A DNA stretch of 64,000 nucleotides from Veillonellaceae bacterium (GTDB lineage Bacteria > Bacillota > Negativicutes > JAAYSF01). The notes beneath the pieces were generated by a model that had not been told where the DNA came from, did not search any database, and was given only the letters and a program-made list of their open reading frames with translations. Position 1 is the first letter of the stretch. Each line of letters starts with the position of its first letter. The position numbers were made by a program, and so were the translations under genes. The DNA is taken from positions 416 to 64,415 of the forward strand of contig JAAYSF010000073.1 in assembly GCA_012523975.1 (NCBI GenBank). Reading direction: 5' to 3'. Of this stretch, positions 1 to 9,056 are shown in pieces.

Positions 1-40
1 TCAGAGTGGGGTAACTACTCTGTTGATATAGATTACCTCC

Positions 41-66
41 CGATTTTCCGTCTGTCTTAGGGCAGA
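41..66 (+). terminator. Rho-independent terminator hairpin (ccgtctg..cagacgg) followed by T-run
   Basis: Perfect 7-bp stem plus TTTTTT read directly from the sequence. Confidence 0.5.
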
Positions 67-109
67 CGGTTTTTTGCTAATACAGGGTTGAGAGAGGTTG
101 GATTATGGA

Positions 110-292
110 CTAATCTGAAAGGAAATCATAAACATTTTGGTTTGATTTGATGGCAGGATTGTCTCGTAAAAATACTTTCTCTTTATTTTTAGCGATTGCA
201 AAGTCCATATCTTTTCCGGCAGACATTAGCTGATTGGTGGTTTTTGAAATAGTTCGGAACTTTAGATATGAGCTATTATTTCGATATGTCAT
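110..292 (-). CDS. Hypothetical small protein (60 aa)
   Basis: ORF with an upstream GAGGTGG RBS 7 nt from the ATG. No recognisable domain. Confidence 0.25.
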   Translation of the reverse strand: MTYRNNSSYLKFRTISKTTNQLMSAGKDMDFAIAKNKEKVFLRDNPAIKSNQNVYDFLSD

Positions 293-313
293 TAATTGAC
301 CACCTCTGCAACA

Positions 314-442
314 CTATTTAAATTGTTCTTCTTGTTTTGCATAGACATCTTTCTGAATAGGTGGCGTCTCATTGCTCCTATTTTTAACGGTGTGCGGTAA
401 TTTGTAGCCGAGTTTTTCGCCGTAGCCGTCGGAACTTTTCAA
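314..442 (-). CDS. Hypothetical small hydrophilic protein (42 aa, TTG start)
   Basis: Strong AGGAGGTGA RBS 7 nt upstream of the TTG. Short ORF, not in the ORF track. Confidence 0.25.
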   Translation of the reverse strand: MKSSDGYGEKLGYKLPHTVKNRSNETPPIQKDVYAKQEEQFK

Positions 443-567
443 AAGAATCACCTCCTAATGCTAGTTTGACCAGAACGAGAATATCAAATCCGGGCAGTAA
501 AAAACTGGAGGTTCAAATAGACGTATTGCTTTATACAATATACAAGAAGATAGAGCTATCTCTACAA

Positions 568-596
568 TTGACAGAATATACAGAAAATAGTACAAT
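568..596 (+). promoter_or_regulatory. Consensus sigma-A-type promoter TTGACA-N17-TACAAT
   Basis: TTGACA at 568-573, 17-nt spacer, TACAAT at 591-596. Sits about 35 nt upstream of the small ORF at 632. Confidence 0.5.
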
Positions 597-631
597 TAAA
601 ATAACAGAAGAATAGAGAGGAGGCCTCCGCT

Positions 632-730
632 ATGGATACGATTAGACTTTGTATCATTAGTTTTGGAGTAGCTAGCCTGTTATCTCTCTGTGTTGTGTTA
701 ATTGTTTGTTTTAAAATCAAGGGTAATTAA
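632..730 (+). CDS. Small hydrophobic peptide (32 aa, MDTIRLCIISFGVASLLSLCVVLIVCFKIKGN), single predicted TM helix
   Basis: AGAGAGGAGG RBS 8 nt upstream. Own consensus promoter and an intrinsic terminator immediately downstream. Confidence 0.45.
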   Translation: MDTIRLCIISFGVASLLSLCVVLIVCFKIKGN

Positions 731-733
731 AAC

Positions 734-754
734 GAGCCTGCGGGCTCTTTTTTT
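734..754 (+). terminator. Intrinsic terminator (gagcctgcgggctc + T7)
   Basis: GC-rich hairpin followed by a T-run. An identical hairpin recurs at 2860. Confidence 0.6.
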
Positions 755-940
755 GCCGCCAGTCATATTCACAATTTATGATGCATAAGTAAAAGCATAG
801 TTTAACTGTGACGACCATAATATTGAATGCAATTTTGAACTTGAATTATAATTATCTATATGGTAATATTATCAATGGATAGGATTTTTTAGAAAAGGAT
901 TAAATTTATCTAGAATATATATAATTAGGGGGAGAAGAAA

Positions 941-1534
941 ATGAAAAATTTAAAAGGCACTAAAACGGCTGAAAACTTGCTCAAAGCATTCGCAGGTGAG
1001 TCCCAAGCTCGTAATCGCTATACTTATTACGCCTCGGTAGCGGAAAAAGAAGGCTATAAACAGATAAGAAATATTTTTATTGAAACAGCCGACAATGAAA
1101 AAGAGCATGCAAAAAGATTTTATAAGTTTTTACTCGAAGGATTCCAAGGCGAACTGCCGGCAATGATTGAGATTACTGCTGGTTTTCCTGTTGCTCAAGG
1201 CTGTACGCTGGACAACTTGAAGGCAGCCGCTGCTGGTGAAAACGAAGAGTGGTCTGACCTTTATCCCGCTTTTGCCAAAGTTGCTGAAGAAGAAGGTTTC
1301 CTGGAAATTGCTAAGGCTTTTAACATGATTGCATCGGCTGAAAAACGCCATGAGACACGTTACGTAAAATTAGCGAATAATATCAGCGAGGGTAAAGTAT
1401 TCAAAAAAGATAGCAAAGTATTGTGGAAGTGCGGCAACTGTGGTTATGTACATGAAGGAGAAGGTGCGCCTGATTTATGTCCGGCTTGTATCCATCCTAC
1501 AGCCCACTTTGAAGTATTCGTTGAAACTTACTAA
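941..1534 (+). CDS. rbr: Rubrerythrin (ferritin-like diiron domain plus C-terminal rubredoxin-like CxxC...CxxC domain)
   Basis: Diiron ExxH motifs in the N-terminal part. C-terminal CGNCGY...CPAC is typical of rubrerythrin. Confidence 0.9.
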   Translation: MKNLKGTKTAENLLKAFAGESQARNRYTYYASVAEKEGYKQIRNIFIETADNEKEHAKRFYKFLLEGFQGELPAMIEITAGFPVAQGCTLDNLKAAAAGENEEWSDLYPAFAKVAEEEGFLEIAKAFNMIASAEKRHETRYVKLANNISEGKVFKKDSKVLWKCGNCGYVHEGEGAPDLCPACIHPTAHFEVFVETY

Positions 1535-1765
1535 TTTACCTACAAACATTAAGCGGAGCCATTATGGCTTCGCTTTAATTTTTACTTTGATTAACAAGGT
1601 GGAGTAATTAGTGGGCTAGCATATCGCTAATTTGTATGCTGATGGCTACAGCGCAGAAGATTATAAAGCAGTTAAGATGATTTTTAAAATGGGGGACATA
1701 GTGGGAGGCTATTTTTTTTTCTCTTGTCAATACTAATGTTAAATAGCGTAATAGTGAGGGAGTAT

Positions 1766-2842
1766 ATGACAATGCCAAGCTCACGCAATATTAGTATTGA
1801 AAAAGTTCGTTATCATGACTTGAATGACTTAGAAAAGATCTTTACTAAGGAATTTGGCGAAGAAGTAGACGTCGCAATAATTAGGCAGCGTATTCATCGA
1901 ATCCGGCAGTTTTATTTTGTGCTATTACCGCTTAGCGGTATTTCGTTGTGGCTTAAAAATCTGTTTAGTATCTATATTTGCCGGGTGGATGGAAAAGTTG
2001 CAGGCTTTATGCAGGTATCCTTTTTTAATCGCGGCCAATTGCATTTGGATTTCATTGCTATAAATAAAAAGTACCGCGGCCAAGGCTTGGGGACTTTAAT
2101 TCTGCGCAAACTGATCGATGGGGCGGCTCGTAATAATTACGATATTATTCTTGAAGTAAGAGCAGACAATCCGGCCTACAACCTCTATAAACGCCTGGGC
2201 TTTATTGATAAGGCCCAAATCCTTCATTATGATAAAGATATTGATAAAAGCCTCCCTGTGCCGAATACGGCTAAGTCGCGGCTTGGTGGGCTGCGCAAGC
2301 GTAATAATAATGATTGGCAGCAAATTTACGAGCTTTATCTTAAGAGCCTGCCTCTGAAGTTGCATCAAATAGCTCGCCGTGAGGTTCGTGAATTTAATCC
2401 AAACTTGTTTACCAAATCTCTTGAGTGGTTTAAAAACTATATGATGGGCATTGTTAAGCAGCAGTATGTTCTCGAAAGGCATGGCAGGATTGTCGGTAGT
2501 CTGGAATTACAAAGCTATTTAAAAGCACAGTCCCATATTATGAATGTAATGCTCGACTCCGAGCATGAATATTTGCGTGAACGGGTTTATATACAAGCTC
2601 TTCAATTACTCCGAGCATATAAGAGAGGAACAATCAGCACGACAATTTACCGTGATGGTATTGAAAAGCAGCAAGCACTGGAAAGGCTCGGCTTTGTAGA
2701 AAAAGAGGCATATTATTTAATGTTTCGCCCGGCGCATTTGCAGAATAAGGCTGCTCAGGAAAATAAACGCCATTCGGAAGGGGATTCTAATAAATTGCTG
2801 CCTCAAAAATTGCCGCGTCCGGAATATGTTGCTATAGAGTAA
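1766..2842 (+). CDS. GNAT family N-acetyltransferase with extended C-terminal domain
   Basis: Acetyl-CoA binding motif ...RGQGLGTLIL... of the GNAT fold. Start is ambiguous (ATG at 1766 or 1772; ORF opens at 1724). Confidence 0.65.
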   Translation: MTMPSSRNISIEKVRYHDLNDLEKIFTKEFGEEVDVAIIRQRIHRIRQFYFVLLPLSGISLWLKNLFSIYICRVDGKVAGFMQVSFFNRGQLHLDFIAINKKYRGQGLGTLILRKLIDGAARNNYDIILEVRADNPAYNLYKRLGFIDKAQILHYDKDIDKSLPVPNTAKSRLGGLRKRNNNDWQQIYELYLKSLPLKLHQIARREVREFNPNLFTKSLEWFKNYMMGIVKQQYVLERHGRIVGSLELQSYLKAQSHIMNVMLDSEHEYLRERVYIQALQLLRAYKRGTISTTIYRDGIEKQQALERLGFVEKEAYYLMFRPAHLQNKAAQENKRHSEGDSNKLLPQKLPRPEYVAIE

Positions 2843-2859
2843 AAACTGCCAAAAGAGCC

Positions 2860-2880
2860 TGCGGGCTCTTTTTTGAGGTC
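2860..2880 (+). terminator. Intrinsic terminator (same gagcctgcgggctc hairpin + T-run)
   Basis: Hairpin plus TTTTTT immediately after the GNAT stop codon. Confidence 0.6.
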
Positions 2881-2987
2881 CTGTCGGCACTTTGACATAT
2901 TAAATAAATATAAGTACAATAAAACGAGAATTCACTGGATATCTATGGCAAGTAAATCAGGTTAAATTTTAATAGAAGGTGAAGTTT

Positions 2988-3389
2988 ATGATTACAGTAA
3001 GAGAAAAAGTCCGTTTTGTTGAGACTGATATGATGGGTGTTGTTCATCATTCCAATTATTTCCGCTGGTTCGAGATGGGACGGGTGGAGTATTTAAGGCA
3101 AGCGGGTATTTTGTTGACTGAGATGATGGAGCGCGGTATTTTATTCCCGATAACAGAAGTAAGCTGTAAATATCATTCGTCGGCAAAGTTTGATGATTAC
3201 ATATTAATCGAAACCAAAATGATCGATTATTCCCGAGTAAAGATGGTTTTCTCTTATGAAGTGCGGCGGGAAGCGGATGGTATTCTTTTGGCAACTGGCC
3301 AAACGACGAATCTATTTACGACAAATGGAAAAATAACCAGGCTGCCTGCTGAGTATTATAGCAAGTTGGAAAAATTTACTGTAAAATGA
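2988..3389 (+). CDS. Acyl-CoA thioesterase, YbgC/4HBT (hotdog) family
   Basis: VRFVETDMMGVVHHSNYFRWFE motif typical of 4HBT thioesterases. RBS AAGGTGA upstream. Confidence 0.75.
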   Translation: MITVREKVRFVETDMMGVVHHSNYFRWFEMGRVEYLRQAGILLTEMMERGILFPITEVSCKYHSSAKFDDYILIETKMIDYSRVKMVFSYEVRREADGILLATGQTTNLFTTNGKITRLPAEYYSKLEKFTVK

Positions 3390-3436
3390 ATATGATGTTC
3401 ATTGAAAAGAGACACTAAGATACAGGGGGCGGCAGT

Positions 3437-4243
3437 ATGGGAAATAATGCGCCAATAGGGGTGTTTGACTCTGGGATCGGCGGGCTGACCGTAATGAAAG
3501 AATTGATTAATTTACTGCCAGGCGAGAATTTTATTTATTTTGGCGATACGGCTCGGGTGCCGTATGGATCGCGGCCTCCGGCAGAAATAAAGGAATTTAC
3601 CGATGATATAATGCGATTTTTATCAGCGCAGGACATAAAAATGGTTGTAATGGCTTGCAATGCTATGACCTCAGTTAGTTATGAGTTTGTTAAGGAGAAA
3701 TACAAACTTCCTACTGTTGGCGTTAATCGCGGCCTAGAAAGGGCAATTAAGCTAAGCACTACCAAAAAAATTGGGGTTATTGGCACGGTTGCAACAGTTA
3801 CCAGCCGCTTACATGAAAAGGAGTTATTCATACAGGATTCAAATGCTAAGATTTACGCGGTTGGGTGTCCCCAATTAGTGCCGTTGATTGAGAGCGGAAT
3901 TTTAGAGGGACCGCAGATTGAGGAAGCTGCTGCTGAATATCTCCTACCGCTAAAGCAGGCAGGGGTAGATGTTATAATACTGGCATGCACCCATTATCCA
4001 TTTATTACGGAGGTTATCAGCCGTTTCATGGGCAAGGGTACGGCTATTATAAACCCGGCTTGTGAAACAGCTCAGGACGCTTGGGAAATCTTGAAAAAAT
4101 CTGATCAGCTGGCGGCTAGAGGGCAAGGTTCAGTAGAATTATGCTTTTCGTCCGACCTTGAACAAGCCGCACGGATGGCAGGACATCTATTTGATACTAC
4201 AGCTGTTAGCTTTAGGTTGGTCAATCTGCAAGATTTTCGTTAA
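3437..4243 (+). CDS. murI: Glutamate racemase
   Basis: GVFDSGIGGLTV and ACTHYP motifs, with the paired catalytic Cys regions. Confidence 0.9.
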   Translation: MGNNAPIGVFDSGIGGLTVMKELINLLPGENFIYFGDTARVPYGSRPPAEIKEFTDDIMRFLSAQDIKMVVMACNAMTSVSYEFVKEKYKLPTVGVNRGLERAIKLSTTKKIGVIGTVATVTSRLHEKELFIQDSNAKIYAVGCPQLVPLIESGILEGPQIEEAAAEYLLPLKQAGVDVIILACTHYPFITEVISRFMGKGTAIINPACETAQDAWEILKKSDQLAARGQGSVELCFSSDLEQAARMAGHLFDTTAVSFRLVNLQDFR

Positions 4244-4318
4244 AGACCTAGAAAATTTGGGGAATTTTTGGTATAATTCTTAGTTGTAGTTTATATTGGT
4301 GTATATGGAGGATTTGTC

Positions 4319-4852
4319 GTGGAGTTTTTGTTTGGTTTAATTGTGCTGGTTGTCGTGGTTGTTCTCTCAGTTTGGATTTATATAGTCCGTCAAGGCGACG
4401 CCGAGTTTGAATTCTTAGTCGACCAGCGCACAGAGTTTACACTTGTAGACATGACGGAAAATACAGCAACTTTTTCGTGCAAGGTTCCGTTTGTAAACAA
4501 AGGAACACAAGATGGTACAATTATGGACGCCTATACCCGTCATCTTCTACCGTATGAGCAGTATGATGGCGTAGAGGTAAACTCACGCTTGGAACTTGAG
4601 ACAGCTCCACGTACCGACGGCTACTTTGAGGCTTTGATTGTTCCCAAGACGACTGGTCAGGCTGTTATTGTTACAGTTAAATTAACCGCCAAAAACGGGA
4701 ATATCCGTGAAGCTCTCGGCCAAATGGTGGACATGCCCATTGATATTGTGTACCAAATAGTTGCACGCAGCGAATGGTATATTACCAAAAACCGCTTAGT
4801 CATGAAGTCGCAGGAAATAGCAAAAGCAGCAGGCTTAAAACGCGCCGTATAG
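4319..4852 (+). CDS. Hypothetical membrane-anchored protein (N-terminal TM helix)
   Basis: Hydrophobic N-terminus. No recognisable domain. GTG start with a GGAGGA RBS. Confidence 0.5.
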   Translation: MEFLFGLIVLVVVVVLSVWIYIVRQGDAEFEFLVDQRTEFTLVDMTENTATFSCKVPFVNKGTQDGTIMDAYTRHLLPYEQYDGVEVNSRLELETAPRTDGYFEALIVPKTTGQAVIVTVKLTAKNGNIREALGQMVDMPIDIVYQIVARSEWYITKNRLVMKSQEIAKAAGLKRAV

Positions 4853-4874
4853 AATCGGTGCAGGAGGTAGTGTC

Positions 4875-5549
4875 ATGGCAGAATTAGAACTTAAACCGGT
4901 ACGTACCCGGATTTTAACTCCAGAAGATAACATTGTTGACGCAATTATAGAATATGCCCAAGATGATATTGGTCCCGATGATATTGTGTCGGTAGCAGAA
5001 AGTGTTGTTGCAATTACACAGGGGCAGGCTACTAGACCGGAAGAATTAAAACCGTCTTTTTTAGCTAAGGTTATGTGCCGGTTTGTACCGCAGAAGGGCA
5101 GTTTATCTAGCTGTTACGGCATGCAGGCCGCAATTAATGCAGAGGGTCAATGGCGGGTGTTTTTTGCCATGATTATGGGCTTTTTAGCTAAGATTATTGG
5201 TAAAGACGGCGTCTTTTACGAACTGGCCGGCAGACAAGCGGCCCTGATTGATGATGTTACCGGTACAATGCCGCCGTTTGATAAACATATTGTATACGGT
5301 CCGGACAATCCTAACGGAGTAGCTGAAGAGATCAAAAGCCGCTTGGGATGTTTTGGCGCAGCGGTTGCCGATGTTAATGACCTTAAACGGGCTGCAGTGC
5401 TGGGGATTTCATCTGGTTTGGACCCCGAAAGGTTGGCGCAGATCCTCATTGATAATCCCTTTGGCAATGCTTCTCAGAGGACGCCTATCGTTATTATCAA
5501 AAATTATGGAAAAGTTGAGGCAGCAGCACAGGCTAAAGCTTTGGGTTAA
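4875..5549 (+). CDS. CofE-like (F420-0:gamma-glutamyl ligase family, COG1478-like) protein of unknown function
   Basis: LKPVRTRILTPEDNIVDAII...DIVSVAESVV resembles the CofE-family N-terminus. Assignment is from memory of the family pattern. Confidence 0.4.
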   Translation: MAELELKPVRTRILTPEDNIVDAIIEYAQDDIGPDDIVSVAESVVAITQGQATRPEELKPSFLAKVMCRFVPQKGSLSSCYGMQAAINAEGQWRVFFAMIMGFLAKIIGKDGVFYELAGRQAALIDDVTGTMPPFDKHIVYGPDNPNGVAEEIKSRLGCFGAAVADVNDLKRAAVLGISSGLDPERLAQILIDNPFGNASQRTPIVIIKNYGKVEAAAQAKALG

Positions 5550-5625
5550 ATGACTACGTAAGAGGATAGAATAACACTATCCTCTTTATTGTTTAAACTA
5601 GAAGATTGCAAGGAGGCAGTAATAC

Positions 5626-6603
5626 GTGGCCCGCATTGGAATAACAACTACGGTGCCGGTTGAAATAATTTTGGCCGCCGGTCATATTCCTATAGATATT
5701 AATAATATTTTTATTGGGGACGAAGGCGCGCAGCGGCATGTGCAGGCTGCCGAGGACGCCGGTTATCCTCGAAATATCTGCGGCTGGATAAAGGGGTTAT
5801 ATTCTGTTGTTGTAAACAGTCCTGATATAGACAAAGTGCTAGCCGTTACTCAAGGCGACTGCAGTAATACTCATGCTCTGATGGAAACTTTTGAACATGC
5901 CGGTATTAGTACAATACCGTTTGCTTATCCATTTGACCGGGATTATGACCTTTTAAAACTTCAGATGGAAAAGCTTATGAAAGTCCTTGGAACCGACTGG
6001 GACGCTGTCCAAAAGACAAAGCAGCGTTTGGATAAAGTAAGGGCCAAAGTTAGAGAAATCGACCGCCTCACTTGGGAGGAAAACACTGTAAGCGGGTTTC
6101 ACAATCACCTGTATCAAGTATCGTGCAGTGATTTTAATGGTGATGTGGAAACCTTTGAAAAAGATGTTGATACATTTATTGTTAAGGCCGAAGCTGGAGA
6201 TGAGTTTAATGAAGAGCTCCGAATTGGTTACATAGGCGTACCGCCAATTTTTACTGACCTTTACCCCTATCTTGAACAAATGGGGGCTAGGGTGGTATTT
6301 AACGAGGTGCAGCGGCAATTCGCAATGCCGAATGAGGTTGAGGACGTGGTTGAACAATATCGGCTATACACATATCCGTACGGTGTTTTTGGCCGGATAG
6401 ACGACATTCGTAAAGAAGCTGAGAGGCGTAACCTTGATGGAATCATTCATTATGTTCAAAGTTTCTGTTTCAGACAAATTGAGGATATGATTCTTCGCGA
6501 ACGTTTAGATATCCCTATTCTGACAATCGAAGGTGACAAGCCGGGCAAGCTTGACGCGCGGACGCGGCTTAGAATTGATAGTTTCTTAGAAATGCTCCGG
6601 TGA
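5626..6603 (+). CDS. 2-hydroxyacyl-CoA dehydratase family protein (HgdB / D-component-like)
   Basis: Conserved Cys-containing motifs (NICGW, QGDCSNTHAL). Adjacent activase gene, as in hgd/had/bcr clusters. Confidence 0.5.
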   Translation: MARIGITTTVPVEIILAAGHIPIDINNIFIGDEGAQRHVQAAEDAGYPRNICGWIKGLYSVVVNSPDIDKVLAVTQGDCSNTHALMETFEHAGISTIPFAYPFDRDYDLLKLQMEKLMKVLGTDWDAVQKTKQRLDKVRAKVREIDRLTWEENTVSGFHNHLYQVSCSDFNGDVETFEKDVDTFIVKAEAGDEFNEELRIGYIGVPPIFTDLYPYLEQMGARVVFNEVQRQFAMPNEVEDVVEQYRLYTYPYGVFGRIDDIRKEAERRNLDGIIHYVQSFCFRQIEDMILRERLDIPILTIEGDKPGKLDARTRLRIDSFLEMLR

Positions 6604-6612
6604 GGTGATTAG

Positions 6613-7377
6613 ATGAGATGCGGGATTGATTTAGGCAGTCGCAGCGTAAAATTGGTAGTAATGGACGGCGAAGAAATAAAGTTTGAAAAAGTTTATGAAA
6701 CCGTTGAATTTTATCGTAATTTTGGTCGACGAACCGACGAGGGTATGGTAGTCGACTTTGCTGCGCTTGAAATAGGTGAGGTAACGCAAGTTACGGCTAC
6801 CGGTTATGGCCGAAATACTATTGATATTGTCGGCGCGACAGTTATTGCGGAGCTCAAAGCCCATACTGCAGGTGCTATCTGGCAGACCGGCCTAGAAGAT
6901 TTCACTTTGCTGGATCTAGGCGGGCAGGATAGCAAGGTAATTAAAGTGCGCAAGGGCAAAATGGTAGGCTTTGAAACTAATGATAAATGTGCTGCGAGTA
7001 CAGGCCGCTACTTGGAAAACATGGCAACTGTTCTGGGAATCAGTTTAGCCGAAATGAGCAGCTATAGTGAAAACCCGGTCGAATTGAATGCCACTTGCGC
7101 AATCTTTGGTGAGTCAGAACTTATCGGCCGAATTGTTGAGGGTCATAGTATTTCGGCATTAGCTGCCGGTGTCAACTATACCATTTTTAAGCGGATTAGA
7201 CCGATGCTGACGGCTCTGGCGAGCGAGACTATAATATTTACAGGTGGGGTTGCCTTGGGTAAGGCTATTCGCGAACTGATTGAGCGCGAACTCCAAGTTA
7301 AGGTGGTTGTGCCGAAACATCCGCAATTGAATGGAGCAATCGGCTGTGCAGTATATCAAGCGAAAAAGAGGCGATAA
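6613..7377 (+). CDS. CoA-substrate-specific enzyme activase (BadF/BadG/BcrA/BcrD ATPase family, HgdC-like)
   Basis: N-terminal GIDLGSRSVK ASKHA phosphate-1 motif. About 254 aa, typical of [4Fe-4S] activases. Confidence 0.7.
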   Translation: MRCGIDLGSRSVKLVVMDGEEIKFEKVYETVEFYRNFGRRTDEGMVVDFAALEIGEVTQVTATGYGRNTIDIVGATVIAELKAHTAGAIWQTGLEDFTLLDLGGQDSKVIKVRKGKMVGFETNDKCAASTGRYLENMATVLGISLAEMSSYSENPVELNATCAIFGESELIGRIVEGHSISALAAGVNYTIFKRIRPMLTALASETIIFTGGVALGKAIRELIERELQVKVVVPKHPQLNGAIGCAVYQAKKRR

Positions 7378-7379
7378 AT

Positions 7380-9056
7380 GTGCTGCTGGGGATTGATGTG
7401 GGGGGGACTTTTACTGATGCTGTAATTATTGCATCGGGCAGGATATTGGCTAGCGCTAAGAGGCAAACTACGCATCACGACCTTCTGGAAGGTATTTTAA
7501 ATGTCCTTGATGATATACTTCCGGCTATTGACCAGTCAAAGCTTAAAAGGGTAGCTCTTTCTACAACTATTGTCACAAATGCGTTAATCGAAGGCCGGAT
7601 TGAAAAGGTGGGGCTGTGTCTTGTTCCCGGACCAGGGTTTGACACTAGCAAAATTATTCCCGCTCCGGCCTTTATATTGTCTGGTTATATCGATCATCGC
7701 GGTCGGGAAGTAAAAAAAATCGAAAAGTCCGAAATCCAGGATTTTTGCAGGCGCAGCGCCGATATCGACGTATATGCCGTTGTCGGTAAGTTTGCAGTGC
7801 GGAATCCTAAACACGAGACACTGATGGCTGAATGGATAAAAGATGAAGCTAAACCAAGCCATATAACAATCGGGTCGGCAGTTTCGGGCAGTCTTAATTT
7901 TTGGCGGCGGACTAACTCAGCCTATTTTAATGCGGCCGTTTGGAGGCAGTTTAGCAATTTTTCTGCGGCCGTTGAACGGGCGTTGTTGCAAAGAAAGATT
8001 AGTGCGCCGGTTTACATATTAAAGGCCGATGGGGGAACGATGCCGCTGACGGCAGCCAAAACCCTACCTGTAGAGGCGGTTTTCACTGGGCCGGCTGCAA
8101 GTGTTTTAGGTATTATGGCAATGTATAATTCAGATCGTCCAGCAGTATCGGTAGATATCGGCGGGACGACAACCGATATTGCCCTTTGGGAAAATGGCAA
8201 GCCGTTATTTTCATCACGCGGCGCAATGATAAAAGGCTTTCCCACCTCTATTCGTTCGCTTCGCCTGAAGTCAGTTGGAATAGGCGGCGATAGCTTTATT
8301 TGGCGTGAGAATGGTGAATTAAGAGTCGGGCCAATGCGAAAAGGTCCGGCTATGGCAGCCGGCGGGAACTGGCCAGCTTTATCTGACGCCATGATTGTGG
8401 CAGGTTTGGCTAGGTTTGGCGACAAAAATAGAGCCCTTCAGGCTATTTCTCAAGTAGCTTTACCAGGGCAGTCGCTAACTGACGCTGCCTGGGCGGTGCT
8501 GAATACTGCAGCTGAAATTGTCAAAAAAGCTATCAATGATATGATTGACGAGCAAGCTGCTGAGCCTGTTTACCGGGTTGAGGATGTTATAAAAGCTGCT
8601 CGGTTTAAACCTGAGACCCTGATTGGAGTAGGCGGCGCAGCTGGCGGTCTGTCGCCTGTTATCGCCAAGCAATTCGGGATTCCTTGCCAAGTGCCAAACG
8701 GCGCAATGGTAGCAAACGCAGTCGGAGCCGCGGTTGCGCGCCCGACAATTGATATTACGCTCCGTGCTGATACTGCTGAAGGCTATTATTCGGTAGCTGA
8801 ACTTGGTGTTAAGCAAGCTCTCGCCAACCGCAGGCTAAGTCTTTCGGACGCCTATCAATTAGCCGTTAAATATTTGCAAGAGCGGGCTCGCCAGGTCGGG
8901 ATAGACGCCTCAGATGTTGAGGTTGTTCAACAGGAAGAGTTTAATTTAGTGAGAGGTTTTAACTCGACTGGTAAGATAATTAGCTCTCGTGTCCAAATTA
9001 AACCAGGTGTACTTATGCCAATTGATGATAGCGGGGCAAAGGGGGTATTGGAATGA
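7380..9056 (+). CDS. Hydantoinase/oxoprolinase (HyuA N-terminal-like) family protein
   Basis: LLGIDVGGTFTDAV start and internal DIGGTTTD motif typical of hydantoinase A-type ASKHA ATPases. Confidence 0.6.
   Translation: MLLGIDVGGTFTDAVIIASGRILASAKRQTTHHDLLEGILNVLDDILPAIDQSKLKRVALSTTIVTNALIEGRIEKVGLCLVPGPGFDTSKIIPAPAFILSGYIDHRGREVKKIEKSEIQDFCRRSADIDVYAVVGKFAVRNPKHETLMAEWIKDEAKPSHITIGSAVSGSLNFWRRTNSAYFNAAVWRQFSNFSAAVERALLQRKISAPVYILKADGGTMPLTAAKTLPVEAVFTGPAASVLGIMAMYNSDRPAVSVDIGGTTTDIALWENGKPLFSSRGAMIKGFPTSIRSLRLKSVGIGGDSFIWRENGELRVGPMRKGPAMAAGGNWPALSDAMIVAGLARFGDKNRALQAISQVALPGQSLTDAAWAVLNTAAEIVKKAINDMIDEQAAEPVYRVEDVIKAARFKPETLIGVGGAAGGLSPVIAKQFGIPCQVPNGAMVANAVGAAVARPTIDITLRADTAEGYYSVAELGVKQALANRRLSLSDAYQLAVKYLQERARQVGIDASDVEVVQQEEFNLVRGFNSTGKIISSRVQIKPGVLMPIDDSGAKGVLE

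Noticed and set aside
841-862. AT-rich partial PerR-box-like sequence (TTGAATTATAATTATCTATA) upstream of rubrerythrin
   Set aside because: Only one half-site matches the TTATAATnATTATAA Per box. The region is generally AT-rich, so I cannot distinguish it from background without a genome-wide motif model.
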